Below are positions 49,701 to 58,335 of a stretch of DNA of 64,000 nt, piece after piece; within the stretch, counting starts at the first letter, position 1; every line of letters starts with the position of its first letter. Below the pieces are notes generated by a model. The model ran no database searches, had not been told where the DNA came from, and worked only from the letters and a program-made list of their open reading frames with translations. The stretch spans positions 1 through 64,000 of the IMG/VR virus record IMGVR_UViG_3300014000_000001. One strand, given 5' to 3'. The position numbers and the translations under genes are program-made. Source of the DNA: a virus (taxonomy: Duplodnaviria; Caudoviricetes).

Positions 49701-51099
49701 ATTAAAAGATATTGAGCGTGTGGTGTATCGTGGTTCAGGCGGTCGTAGTTCACGTACCATGAATGCTGAAAACCGTAAGTTTAGTAAAAATGCGATTGGT
49801 GTTGATTCAATGGTAACTGTGGATAATGGTGATGCGGGTACTGTGCGTTATTTATCTGCTAATCCAAACTATAATTCCATTCGTGGAACAATCAATGTTT
49901 TAGATAAATTCGACCAATCTGTGAATAGTAGTTGTCTGGGGACTTCTCAATTATTAGCCCCTGCTTTGGATCTAGATGATCCAAAACGAATCAGCTTCAA
50001 TTCTATTCAAAATAGTCGTACAACGAACTCAGAAGGTTCACATTTATCCCCAACGCGTACAGGTTATGAGTATGTTCTTCCTTGGCGTTCATCTGACCTT
50101 TATGCAACAATGGCGACAGAAGAAGGCACTGTTACACGTGTAACTGATGTAGCTATTGTAGTGAAATATAAATCAGGGAAAGAAGTAACTGTGGAATTAG
50201 GTAAACGCGATGGTAAGTGGGCAGGTAAGATTATTCCGCACAATGTCATTACTGAACTTAAAGAAGGTCAGAAGGTTAAAGTAGGTGACACCATAGCTTA
50301 TAATCCAATGTTCTTTACCGTGGATAAGTTAGGTGGTGCTTTAGCTTATAAAACTGGGGTACTGGCACGCGTTGGATTAATTGAAGATGAATTCACTAAT
50401 GAAGACTCGTCTGAAATTTATCAGGGTTATGCAGATAAGCTCGGTACGAAAAACTCTGAGGTTCGAACCATTGAAGTGAGTTTCGATAAAGATGTATTTG
50501 AGTTACTTAAAGTAGGCACTCAAGTAGATTACGATTCAGTACTTTGTGTATTGCGTAATAACATCTCAGGGGTAGAGGATAAGTACATGCAAAGTTCTTT
50601 GGACTCTTTACGTGATATTTCTTCAACTTCTCCTCGTGCGAAACATAGTGGTGTGATCACTAACATCTCAGCAGTTTATGTTGGTGACGTAGAAAACATG
50701 AGTCCAACATTACAAGCTATCGTAGCAGCATCAGATCGTAACCTTTACAAGAAGGCACGTGATTTGAACAAAGAACGTGTAACTGGTCAGATGAAGGCAG
50801 GTACTCGACGTGAAGGTAAAATCTTAGAACCAAATACTGTATTGATCGAAGTAACGATTGATATCACTCAAGATATGGGTGTGGGTTCAAAAGTTGTATT
50901 TGGCCATCAGATGAAATCTGTGGTTTCTCGTGTATTCAGGGAAGAGTTTACGACTCAAGATGGTGTGGGGTATGATGCTAAATTTAGTTATACTTCTAAC
51001 ATTAAACGTATTGTGGAATCGATGATTTTAACTGGAATCTGTAACACATTCTCAGTGAATATCGGTCAGGCAGCGTGTGAATTATACGAGAAAGATTAG
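46768..51099 (+). CDS. rpoB: virion RNA polymerase beta subunit, large part (phiKZ gp178-like)
   Basis: QRVDIPIRKI, GSGGRS, TVDNGDAG, DDPKR, NEDS, GSKVVFGHQMKSV. Confidence 0.88.
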   Translation: MQIMIDKFVRSYCVRKKDQVQNPPIHKLKELVFPRNSQIHFLSKDGNEIGITSTNPILNNMDKGKVISEFVTSYSVEKAGGFKRVTMDMKEPIRDYMRRNKGIADARFSKSDMLLDKNIIVSNYGLMEENVKYFNNPRQWWIRFQNYWGSVFKDVEDKVRSNRRNHFIIMNIPDVMPSVSQFRKFAEVENNQSIDKIANSERMLIAQFWLWFMDSPRCILPKDPNVTNRMYVIFTWHDQWLCFNLASIRTYMKTSSNPKGSWDTFRMQRNFVIMLLTMQFGLIDHMAFADEEGEEAHDAPLTEEEKYELQQDLKDDTLGVLSQDPVDSVKEKITQAFDTLEVDIAEKESIENVEAKRNKKADSLLDELEVVNANTVDNIQEASPNTEQQILKDDDGEAVKTISREQVLIDYQVYQPKELNIEEKFDEHLKDQVVKGSVTPQQMKRLEKLARRYKEIPDPKTGVSSLEVAAKIEAKDLVISKDEKITDKINMVNDESMLKSTLVSYNKKYISTVMHKDVYNSVLALQRRGIAVQNYSIKRVTQLGDDYEVHSVKLVPIDGEPSTVNFKVPVIDDHGVFQSRGIRLRMAAQRVDIPIRKIGPDEVSLTSSMSKMFVERCQFVAYSRDQWLKSKLLELVGDQSGVKVSFGKVFKNDEDVPLAYSRFARSVKRIRFQDYDLNFDVSKLDSFFGDEVVKAFDPTRGTQILLGKGKDTLLILTKAGIVHECGIDNKDHKELGPLEEFIGLDTSSAPKDCADLIVVSKNIPLGFVLGYYVGLGNLLKTLDVKYQFIPKNTRTARLGKDSIEIKFSDGTLEIYDYDYKAQLVLQGFNRYHRFVKRYPMVEFDKKSVYGLILNEVGLPARYERELRILRDMWVDPITEEELKRMGEPTDFVLLLLRAAELLEKDMHPEAMDRAYQRDRGYERISSMIYDELVKSIRAYESTPVRAKAKVTMNPEAVWMKLIGDETTAPIEESNPIHALKDIERVVYRGSGGRSSRTMNAENRKFSKNAIGVDSMVTVDNGDAGTVRYLSANPNYNSIRGTINVLDKFDQSVNSSCLGTSQLLAPALDLDDPKRISFNSIQNSRTTNSEGSHLSPTRTGYEYVLPWRSSDLYATMATEEGTVTRVTDVAIVVKYKSGKEVTVELGKRDGKWAGKIIPHNVITELKEGQKVKVGDTIAYNPMFFTVDKLGGALAYKTGVLARVGLIEDEFTNEDSSEIYQGYADKLGTKNSEVRTIEVSFDKDVFELLKVGTQVDYDSVLCVLRNNISGVEDKYMQSSLDSLRDISSTSPRAKHSGVITNISAVYVGDVENMSPTLQAIVAASDRNLYKKARDLNKERVTGQMKAGTRREGKILEPNTVLIEVTIDITQDMGVGSKVVFGHQMKSVVSRVFREEFTTQDGVGYDAKFSYTSNIKRIVESMILTGICNTFSVNIGQAACELYEKD

Positions 51100-51128
51100 C
51101 GCTAATCTTATTTATTGGAGAGACAAAT

Positions 51129-51323
51129 ATGTCTAATAAAGCAGGCGATTTTGCCGAGAACTTAGCTACGGTATCAAACATCGTAGCGCTTACTGTAAAA
51201 ACCTTAGGGAAGATCTCCGATCAACAATCCACTGAGGTCAGTGTTACAGCACGTGAAATCTTAGTCACGCGTACTCTGCAACGCATTGGCTCTCAATTAC
51301 GTGAAAAACCAATCGAAGGTTAA
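51129..51323 (+). CDS. hypothetical protein
   Basis: GGAG SD; fills operon gap. Confidence 0.7.
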   Translation: MSNKAGDFAENLATVSNIVALTVKTLGKISDQQSTEVSVTAREILVTRTLQRIGSQLREKPIEG

Positions 51324-51334
51324 GGGGATAAATC

Positions 51335-52870
51335 ATGTTGTTATTGTCTGATATCGAAGCATCGGTTGGGTTAGTACAAGAACTATGCGAACAAGGTAAA
51401 AAGTTAGAAGCCAAGCCAGGTCCACTTGCTTTATTGGTGGCTGAGCTTTCTGTTCCGGTTGCGATTAGTAATTCTGTTAATGCTGATTCTGAAGATGCGT
51501 TAAAAGGTTATATCCCTGATTTAGCTTCAATGATCCATAACGCATCTGCATCTGTAACTCGTGTGGAAGATACTTCATTACTTGATACGTCTAACCACGA
51601 TGTTAAACTTGAAGAAATGTGTGATCTTATCGCTCAAGGTGTGATGGCATCGATGCATCAAGCTCGTGCGGTGATTATTCCGTCTATCGTTCGTTTGGAA
51701 GATGCGATTAGTGCTGCATTCACCACTTATGAAGATCGTAACTTAGCAAATGTCAGTATTGATGAAGTTGGAATCAATCAGGTTCTGGATAATGATCAGG
51801 TGTATGATTATTTTGCTGAGTACAAATCTCGCAATAAGATCACGCTTCGTAATACTAACTTCTTCCCAAATTTAGAACTAAAAGACATTGCTAAATTGGT
51901 GGAAGCGGGTGATCCTGAAATCAATACCTATCTTCAAAATACTTTACTAACCAGTAATTCATCAGGTGAACTTGGTCAAATGGTGTATAACTATTTGTAC
52001 CGTGGTGATCGCGTAGATGAAAGCACTGTTGAACCATTTGAATTACGTAATCTTGTTCGTGACATCTATGGGGAAGATTTAGGTATCGAAGGTTTGATGA
52101 TTGGCTATTATCTTGGTAAAGGGTTAATCGAAAATATCCCTGAAGGTACAGTCGCGGGTCTTCGCGATGTCGAACATCGTTTGAAATTACTAACTTCAAC
52201 GCTTGGACTTATGATTTTCTCTGAGCTTGAGAAATATCGTAAGAGTGTTAAAGCACGCGAATTGCTTCCAGTTGGCTTACCTTATGTGGATCGTAGTACT
52301 GGTGCAGTAAACGCTAAATATAATATCCGTGTGAACAAAGAAGTTTATGCGCAATTCTTAGCAGATGGTGGTTCACCAGAAGCAATCTACGGATCAATGG
52401 TTTCCATCCATGTAACTGATCCTGCAGTTTTGATTGAACGTAAAGGGTATCTTGAAGATGAATATGCGAAGTTTGTTAGTCTTAATCGTTCTTACACGAC
52501 CAGTAGTAAGCTTGAACTTTACACCTCGGCAATCCGAGATGAGTTTTATCGAATGGTTGCAGACACCGAAGAGTTAAAAGGTTTCGATGCCTCCAACGGT
52601 ATGTTCTTACGTTTACGCGATGGATTGCGTCGTATGGGTGGAGCACATATTGCAACTCCTGATGCGACTTACGACTTCTTACGTTCGTTAGTTTGTCACG
52701 TATTCTATCCAGATCGTCCTGAGCTTGAAAAACTGATTTCTGATATTGATAACTTTAAAGCTCAATATGGGGAAGAAGGTTTAACCACTGCAGAAATCGC
52801 TAACGTAGTATTGGTTGATTTAATTGTAGATTGGTTATGCGAACAGGTGAGTGTGCGTAAAGCATGCTAA
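51335..52870 (+). CDS. conserved phiKZ-like protein (gp177 position)
   Basis: Synteny between beta subunit and protease. Confidence 0.6.
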   Translation: MLLLSDIEASVGLVQELCEQGKKLEAKPGPLALLVAELSVPVAISNSVNADSEDALKGYIPDLASMIHNASASVTRVEDTSLLDTSNHDVKLEEMCDLIAQGVMASMHQARAVIIPSIVRLEDAISAAFTTYEDRNLANVSIDEVGINQVLDNDQVYDYFAEYKSRNKITLRNTNFFPNLELKDIAKLVEAGDPEINTYLQNTLLTSNSSGELGQMVYNYLYRGDRVDESTVEPFELRNLVRDIYGEDLGIEGLMIGYYLGKGLIENIPEGTVAGLRDVEHRLKLLTSTLGLMIFSELEKYRKSVKARELLPVGLPYVDRSTGAVNAKYNIRVNKEVYAQFLADGGSPEAIYGSMVSIHVTDPAVLIERKGYLEDEYAKFVSLNRSYTTSSKLELYTSAIRDEFYRMVADTEELKGFDASNGMFLRLRDGLRRMGGAHIATPDATYDFLRSLVCHVFYPDRPELEKLISDIDNFKAQYGEEGLTTAEIANVVLVDLIVDWLCEQVSVRKAC

Positions 52871-53616
52871 TCTTTAATCTCTTTCTTCAAGAGAGATTCG
52901 GTCAAGCGGTTAAGCGTAATGCTGCATCAGTAACAGCAGCATTACGCACAGTTGATGATGGAGATCGCAAACAACTCCTCACAACAAAAGATCTTTACAT
53001 TTACGTCCCTAGACGTTTTGAAGAGATTGGAATGGCGCACATCGAAGACAATTTCTCTACTATGGCGTATTACGCTATGGTCGTTGGAGATAGTTATGGT
53101 GTGGTTGCTACTCCTACTTTTAACAACTTGACCCCTTCATCTATCCAAACAATTAAGATTGGAGAGGATGAATACTTCGAACTTCTCTTTGAAGCGAATT
53201 CTCTCGTTATGGAATCAACACGATGCTTTAAAGATTCAGCATCAGCTTATTTGATCTATAACGAATTTATCGCCAAACCAAACATGTGTGCTTTTTTTGA
53301 TTATGATGATGCGTTACTTTGCATGTCAACATTAGGCGCATATGCAGGTGTATCCTTAGAAAAAACTAACGTTGCAACAGAGATTATTATTGCGACCATT
53401 ACACGCAATAACAAGAATCTCGACGAAAGCTATCGCCATGCAATTGCTAAAGATAAGACAGCTGAACCTGAATATATTGGACTTAGAAATATCCAATATG
53501 GGGTAACCAACTTACCTACAGCAATTATGGGTTCGTATAGTGACATCGGTATTGATTCTCTATTGGTCAAACCGGCTACCAAAGTTGAAAAATATGAAAG
53601 ACTGTTAAGGATATAA
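52864..53616 (+). CDS. conserved phiKZ-like protein (gp176 position)
   Basis: Synteny; directly upstream of the protease. Confidence 0.6.
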   Translation: MLIFNLFLQERFGQAVKRNAASVTAALRTVDDGDRKQLLTTKDLYIYVPRRFEEIGMAHIEDNFSTMAYYAMVVGDSYGVVATPTFNNLTPSSIQTIKIGEDEYFELLFEANSLVMESTRCFKDSASAYLIYNEFIAKPNMCAFFDYDDALLCMSTLGAYAGVSLEKTNVATEIIIATITRNNKNLDESYRHAIAKDKTAEPEYIGLRNIQYGVTNLPTAIMGSYSDIGIDSLLVKPATKVEKYERLLRI

Positions 53617-53618
53617 TT

Positions 53619-54395
53619 ATGGGTGGGGTAAGTTTTGTATCTACCGCATTACTAGGAACCAATAAAGTAGGTGACTTAAAACCAGACAGTGAAGGTTATT
53701 ACGAAGTTGTTTTAGGTGGCTTCGAGACTGAGAATGCACATGGTCATTTCTACTCATTTGAAGATCAAACCAAACGCTTGTTTGAATCGTCTTCCCAGTT
53801 TATGCGTCAAATCAAAGAAGGTAACTTATGGGGGGAATTCGGACACCCTAAACGTGCTCCAGGTGAATCTCTAGGTAACTTCTTACGCCGCTGTATTGTT
53901 GTTACTGAAAAGAACTATGCGATGCATATTCGTAAGGTTTCAATCAATGAACGTGATGTGAAAGATAAGTCTGGAAAAGCGATTGTTGCGGTTCTAGGTG
54001 AAATCAAACCAATGGGTCCTTATGGTGCTAACCTTAAAGAGATTCTAAACACTCGTTCAGCCAATGCTTGTTTCTCAGTTCGTGCTCAAACGGACGATGA
54101 AGACATGCCAAATGGTAAAGAGAAACGTTCAGTTAAACAAATCATTACTTGGGATTATGTTGGCGATCCAGGTGTTCAAACATCAACGAAATACCATTCT
54201 CCAAAGCTTGAATCGTTTTATGATCAGTTTGTAGATTTTTCCGTTCTTGAGAAACTTCAAAAGGAGGTGAACTCTAATATTAACCTCAAGATGGAATCTG
54301 CGTCAGTCAATCGTGCACTTGATGTACTTCTACAAGATTATAAATCTGATATCTTCGGTGGTTCTCGTCAAGCACCTCGATCTCGTAGCTGGTAA
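53619..54395 (+). CDS. head maturation protease (phiKZ gp175 / T4 gp21-like)
   Basis: GYYEVVLGG, LWGEFGHP (His), KPMGPYG, CFSVRA (Ser), ITWDYV.DPG. Confidence 0.88.
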   Translation: MGGVSFVSTALLGTNKVGDLKPDSEGYYEVVLGGFETENAHGHFYSFEDQTKRLFESSSQFMRQIKEGNLWGEFGHPKRAPGESLGNFLRRCIVVTEKNYAMHIRKVSINERDVKDKSGKAIVAVLGEIKPMGPYGANLKEILNTRSANACFSVRAQTDDEDMPNGKEKRSVKQIITWDYVGDPGVQTSTKYHSPKLESFYDQFVDFSVLEKLQKEVNSNINLKMESASVNRALDVLLQDYKSDIFGGSRQAPRSRSW

Positions 54396-54409
54396 GCTGC
54401 ATAGAAAAG

Positions 54410-54433
54410 CTGGATAGGGATTACCCTATCCAG
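54410..54433. terminator. hairpin after protease operon
   Basis: CTGGATAGGG-atta-CCCTATCCAG. Confidence 0.6.
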
Positions 54434-54595
54434 TGGATCTTATGCTCAATTTTAATAATAGAATACCCTTTCATCAGTCATAGTTCCTTATCCTGTTTTA
54501 ATATCCTTGAAAGGGGTATTCAAATAATAGTTAGAAATATGTGATAAAATACATGATGAGTAAATTACATGAATTGAATTATAGAGTAAAAGATC

Positions 54596-54751
54596 ATGTT
54601 TATTATTTATAAACCCTTTGCTGCTCATGATCACTATGGGTATGATTGGGACTTTATTGACTTACTACTTGATATGCGTAGAGCGTATGAGGAACGTGAA
54701 AGAAGATTACAGGATTTCCAAGCTGTATTAAAGCGTTTAAAATCTGAATAA
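54596..54751 (+). CDS. 51-aa hypothetical protein (below ORF-track cutoff)
   Basis: MFIIYKPFAAHDHYGYDWDFIDLLLDMRRAYEERERRLQDFQAVLKRLKSE; weak SD. Confidence 0.45.
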   Translation: MFIIYKPFAAHDHYGYDWDFIDLLLDMRRAYEERERRLQDFQAVLKRLKSE

Positions 54752-54759
54752 GTGAAGAA

Positions 54760-54787
54760 TATTTCAGATACACATTATCTAAGTGAA
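54760..54787 (+). promoter_or_regulatory. putative phage early promoter
   Basis: TATTTCAGATACACATTATCTAAGTGAA. Confidence 0.6.
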
Positions 54788-54809
54788 TTATTCGATTAGA
54801 GGTTTGAAC

Positions 54810-55607
54810 ATGAAAACTGCACTTAATAACCAACCCCAGTTATTTAAGAACCATAGCCGTTATAAACGTCAGGTACGGGTTAATGAAGATTTCACTATTT
54901 GTGATGTCTTTAGTATTCGTCGTGCAAGTAAAGACGATGATCCACATTACCAAACAACTTACCAAGATCCAAACGTAGGACGTTACATTGTCATTAAACA
55001 TAACAATAATGATCCTATTCAGATCTTTGATTTAACTCGTTCATTTCATCAAATTGGCGGGCGTTCTCTACCAAGTCGTGAAATCGAAGAGATTATTGCG
55101 AAGCTTCCACCCATCATCATAGAGTGGTTGTACGATGTTGATACACAGATGCATTCTAATTTCATTCCACCTGGTTTCGGTTGGGATGGTAAGTTCACGC
55201 AGAGTGAATATAACAAACGCCAAACCGCAGCCTTGTTATTTACACCTCGTCATGCTAAACCTTGCAACATTGAACGTAAGTGGTTGGACGAAGTATTAGA
55301 TGAGATTTGTCGTACCCCAAAATCTTATCTGAATCTGAAATGGACTTACGCATCTGCTTTTCCTGAAAACCGTTTGTTGAAATACACCAATTCAATTCAA
55401 GCTAAAGACTATGTTTTCATTCATGATGATGGTTCGGTGGTCATTCAGCCTCGCAAACGTATTATTGGAGATGTGGGATCTTATCCTGGAATGTTAATAC
55501 CTAAAGATGTCGATCGGGTAATCGTATTGACTCACGGTGTAATCTGTAAGGATGATGGTCGTCCTGCAGGAATTCAGGTTGAACTTTTTCAAGACTTCGG
55601 GGTGTGA
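54810..55607 (+). CDS. hypothetical protein (paralog family)
   Basis: AGAGGT SD before ATG 54810; C-terminal FIHDDGSV...IPKDVDR. Confidence 0.7.
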   Translation: MKTALNNQPQLFKNHSRYKRQVRVNEDFTICDVFSIRRASKDDDPHYQTTYQDPNVGRYIVIKHNNNDPIQIFDLTRSFHQIGGRSLPSREIEEIIAKLPPIIIEWLYDVDTQMHSNFIPPGFGWDGKFTQSEYNKRQTAALLFTPRHAKPCNIERKWLDEVLDEICRTPKSYLNLKWTYASAFPENRLLKYTNSIQAKDYVFIHDDGSVVIQPRKRIIGDVGSYPGMLIPKDVDRVIVLTHGVICKDDGRPAGIQVELFQDFGV

Positions 55608-55608
55608 T

Positions 55609-56445
55609 ATGGTTTCTAAGTTATTGTCTGATGTAATGGAAGACCTAGGTAAAAAACAAGTCGTGTTGGTTGACCCTAACTGGGTAACTGGAATTGTAAC
55701 TAAGCGGTTAGTTATAAACGTCCACGGAGATAAAATCAAACCAATTAGTTATTTCTCTGCCGAGAAGATGACTCATGTACAAATGTTGGAGAGTGAAGAT
55801 ATTCTTTACACTTACAAATTTAACATGTTCACTGGTAAGGTGGTAGAAAATCTTGAACGTTACCTAATTCATTCTAAGTCTTATAACATGAACAATAGTT
55901 CAATTAGAAAAGCTATCGCGCAATACACCGATCATCTTAAAGACCCTAAACATCTATTGTTTTCCAATTATCCTAACTTCCTGGATTTAGAGCACATACA
56001 TATGCAAGATATTAAAAATCTTAACCCATATGTGAAACTGATCGCCAAGTTAGAAGAAGTTGATCCAGAAATGTTTCATTTTATTGTTGATCAGTTACAG
56101 TACTCTAAACGCAATGATTTGCCTTTGATTTGGAAAGCTGCTGGTCGCCTACCCCTATGGTTAAATAACCGAAGTCGTTTGGTTACTAATCAGAAAAATG
56201 AAACTGTTGGTCATACTTCTGAACATTGGTTATTGTTTCACAAAGATGGAAGCGTTACTTTCCCTGAATTAGAACCGACTAAAGGTGCTCATATTTCAGC
56301 GGAGACTGGACGTATAATCGAAGTCTACAACAACCCACCGCTACCAATGCCAGATACTGCTAAACGTGCAATTAAGATCGTTTTAGGCGACCATGCGTTT
56401 GAAGGTCGGATGGTGGGTGTTTCTTGGACACTATATACTCGCTAG
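55609..56445 (+). CDS. hypothetical protein (paralog family)
   Basis: GGGGTG SD before ATG 55609; C-terminal LFHKDGSV...MPDTAKR. Confidence 0.7.
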   Translation: MVSKLLSDVMEDLGKKQVVLVDPNWVTGIVTKRLVINVHGDKIKPISYFSAEKMTHVQMLESEDILYTYKFNMFTGKVVENLERYLIHSKSYNMNNSSIRKAIAQYTDHLKDPKHLLFSNYPNFLDLEHIHMQDIKNLNPYVKLIAKLEEVDPEMFHFIVDQLQYSKRNDLPLIWKAAGRLPLWLNNRSRLVTNQKNETVGHTSEHWLLFHKDGSVTFPELEPTKGAHISAETGRIIEVYNNPPLPMPDTAKRAIKIVLGDHAFEGRMVGVSWTLYTR

Positions 56446-56447
56446 AT

Positions 56448-56474
56448 TATTTAAGATATATATTATCTTGATGA
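56448..56474 (+). promoter_or_regulatory. putative phage early promoter (variant)
   Basis: TATTTAAGATATATATTATCTTGATGA. Confidence 0.5.
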
Positions 56475-56553
56475 TCACTCTCATGTAATTTTAAACCGTT
56501 TAAACAATATGTTTGAACATACCCACGATAGTCATAACTACGGAGATTCGAAA

Positions 56554-57138
56554 ATGACTACTGAAGCAACTAAAGCTGCAATTGAAGCAATCGATGAAGC
56601 AACAAAAGATTTAAATGACGCACAGACTAAATTAGAAGTCGCTGAAGAAGCCATTGCTGGCCGCAGTTATTCTCCTAAATATGCCAAATTAAATCTTGAC
56701 GAAGCTCAACAAAATATTGCTGCAGGTCTACTTGAATCGGCAAAGACCACCGATAAAGGTGTAAAGTGGAATCGTAAAGACTATTACGATAGTGCTGAAT
56801 CTCAAGGCATTACGAAATCAACTCTACAAACCGTTGAACGCTTTAACGAAAACTTTGCAACTTCTGTACACGCTGTTACTGCTGAACTTGCACTGGCTCG
56901 CTTTAAAGAAGACCCTGAAGCAGGTGAATATTCATCTACTGCGGATATGGGTGAAAACACACGTTATGAAGATACGGTTAAGCGTTTCGATTCACGTAGT
57001 GTTTCTACTGGTATTGGTGGTGAACGTCGCTTACAGGAAACTTATGCTTATCACAATCCAAGTATCAAAACAAAATACAAAGGTTTTGAAGAGCAGCGTA
57101 AACTCGTGAATAATCTTGCGAAAGATTTGTTCTCTTAA
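56554..57138 (+). CDS. hypothetical protein, probably highly expressed
   Basis: GGAG SD before ATG 56554; own promoter motif and terminator (57162-57196). Confidence 0.75.
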   Translation: MTTEATKAAIEAIDEATKDLNDAQTKLEVAEEAIAGRSYSPKYAKLNLDEAQQNIAAGLLESAKTTDKGVKWNRKDYYDSAESQGITKSTLQTVERFNENFATSVHAVTAELALARFKEDPEAGEYSSTADMGENTRYEDTVKRFDSRSVSTGIGGERRLQETYAYHNPSIKTKYKGFEEQRKLVNNLAKDLFS

Positions 57139-57228
57139 TTTATAATTGCAGGTCAAAAGCTAAATAGATCGTCCCGTGAAGGACGATCTATTTTTATGAA
57201 CGACCATAATTTTATATAGTCCAACAAT

Positions 57229-57822
57229 ATGGGTGCTTTTGCCATGCATTATACAGATCCACATCGTGGTGTACAGCTCACTACGAATTTACAAACTGAA
57301 GTTGATTACCTTACCACTCAATTGGCACGTTTAATTGCACAAGTTGAGGGGCGTTTCAAAGGCCCTGATAGCATCACCATGAAAGTCGCAAAAGAATGGT
57401 ACGGTAAACAAATCTCACAAAACATCAATGGTTTTGATTATACTTACGGGTTTATTCATTTCACCGTTTCTCAGAAAACACTTTACGATAAGAAAATAGA
57501 TTCAACTGCGGTGGGTGTAGATGCAGAAGAGATTATGTATTCTTTCCATCTTAAGCAAAATGAATCACCTGTGCTTGCAAATAACTTTGTATCGGCATCT
57601 ATTTTCTTTAGTACCAAACGTGGTGAACTAGAACCGCGTAAAGTAGACTTTCAATTATATGGTGGTGCGGATGTTGAATCTGTGATTATCTTTAAAGGTT
57701 TCTTAAAAGGGATCAAATCTCAAATTGAAGCTTTTAATGCAGATGACACAACTCGCGTTGCACAAAACCAGATGGATTTAATTCCATTAATCACACATGG
57801 GATTAACCATGCCACACATTAA
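57229..57822 (+). CDS. hypothetical protein
   Basis: 197-aa ORF. Confidence 0.7.
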   Translation: MGAFAMHYTDPHRGVQLTTNLQTEVDYLTTQLARLIAQVEGRFKGPDSITMKVAKEWYGKQISQNINGFDYTYGFIHFTVSQKTLYDKKIDSTAVGVDAEEIMYSFHLKQNESPVLANNFVSASIFFSTKRGELEPRKVDFQLYGGADVESVIIFKGFLKGIKSQIEAFNADDTTRVAQNQMDLIPLITHGINHATH

Positions 57823-57840
57823 ACATAGAGGTTTTAAAAT

Positions 57841-58329
57841 ATGGAAACAGTTACAGAAAGTCCTGATTTAGAAAGTTCTCTTTTTGGTTTATTCGCTAAT
57901 GACCTTATCAATAAAACATTTAAGCAAATCGGCCCACTTAATCCAGTTGATGAATTTGACGGTAAGGTATTAGCTATCTTAAATGGGGATAATGGACGTC
58001 CTAATTTATTGGTGCGATCTAGCCCTCATTTTGCACGCTACATCCCTATCATTGAGGAGAATGTTAGTACCAAGAAACACGAGTACCGACTTAAAACTCA
58101 TGTGGTGTTCTGGTTGGCAGATAACAACGCTTATATTTTCACCCCGCCTCCAAGTGTGAAGTATGTGCGCGTTGGTCGTAGTTTGAAAGAACATAAGTTG
58201 GGTTCTGATCTAATGATCCCTCATAACTGTAATCGTTATTCAGTAATTGCTTTACGTCAAGGATGTAAGCATGTTGACGATAAGAAAGTACAGTTCACAG
58301 ATATTGTTGTCACCAATTATAAGGTATAA
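57841..58329 (+). CDS. hypothetical protein (distant member of the 54810/55609 family)
   Basis: VFWLADNNAYIF...LMIPHNCNR; AGAGGT SD. Confidence 0.65.
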   Translation: METVTESPDLESSLFGLFANDLINKTFKQIGPLNPVDEFDGKVLAILNGDNGRPNLLVRSSPHFARYIPIIEENVSTKKHEYRLKTHVVFWLADNNAYIFTPPPSVKYVRVGRSLKEHKLGSDLMIPHNCNRYSVIALRQGCKHVDDKKVQFTDIVVTNYKV

Positions 58330-58335
58330 CCTTTC

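Noticed and set aside
54461-54521. Imperfect inverted repeat GAATACCCTTTCA...TGAAAGGGGTATTC
   Set aside because: Single copy, long unstructured loop, no transposase or target duplication; cannot assign a function
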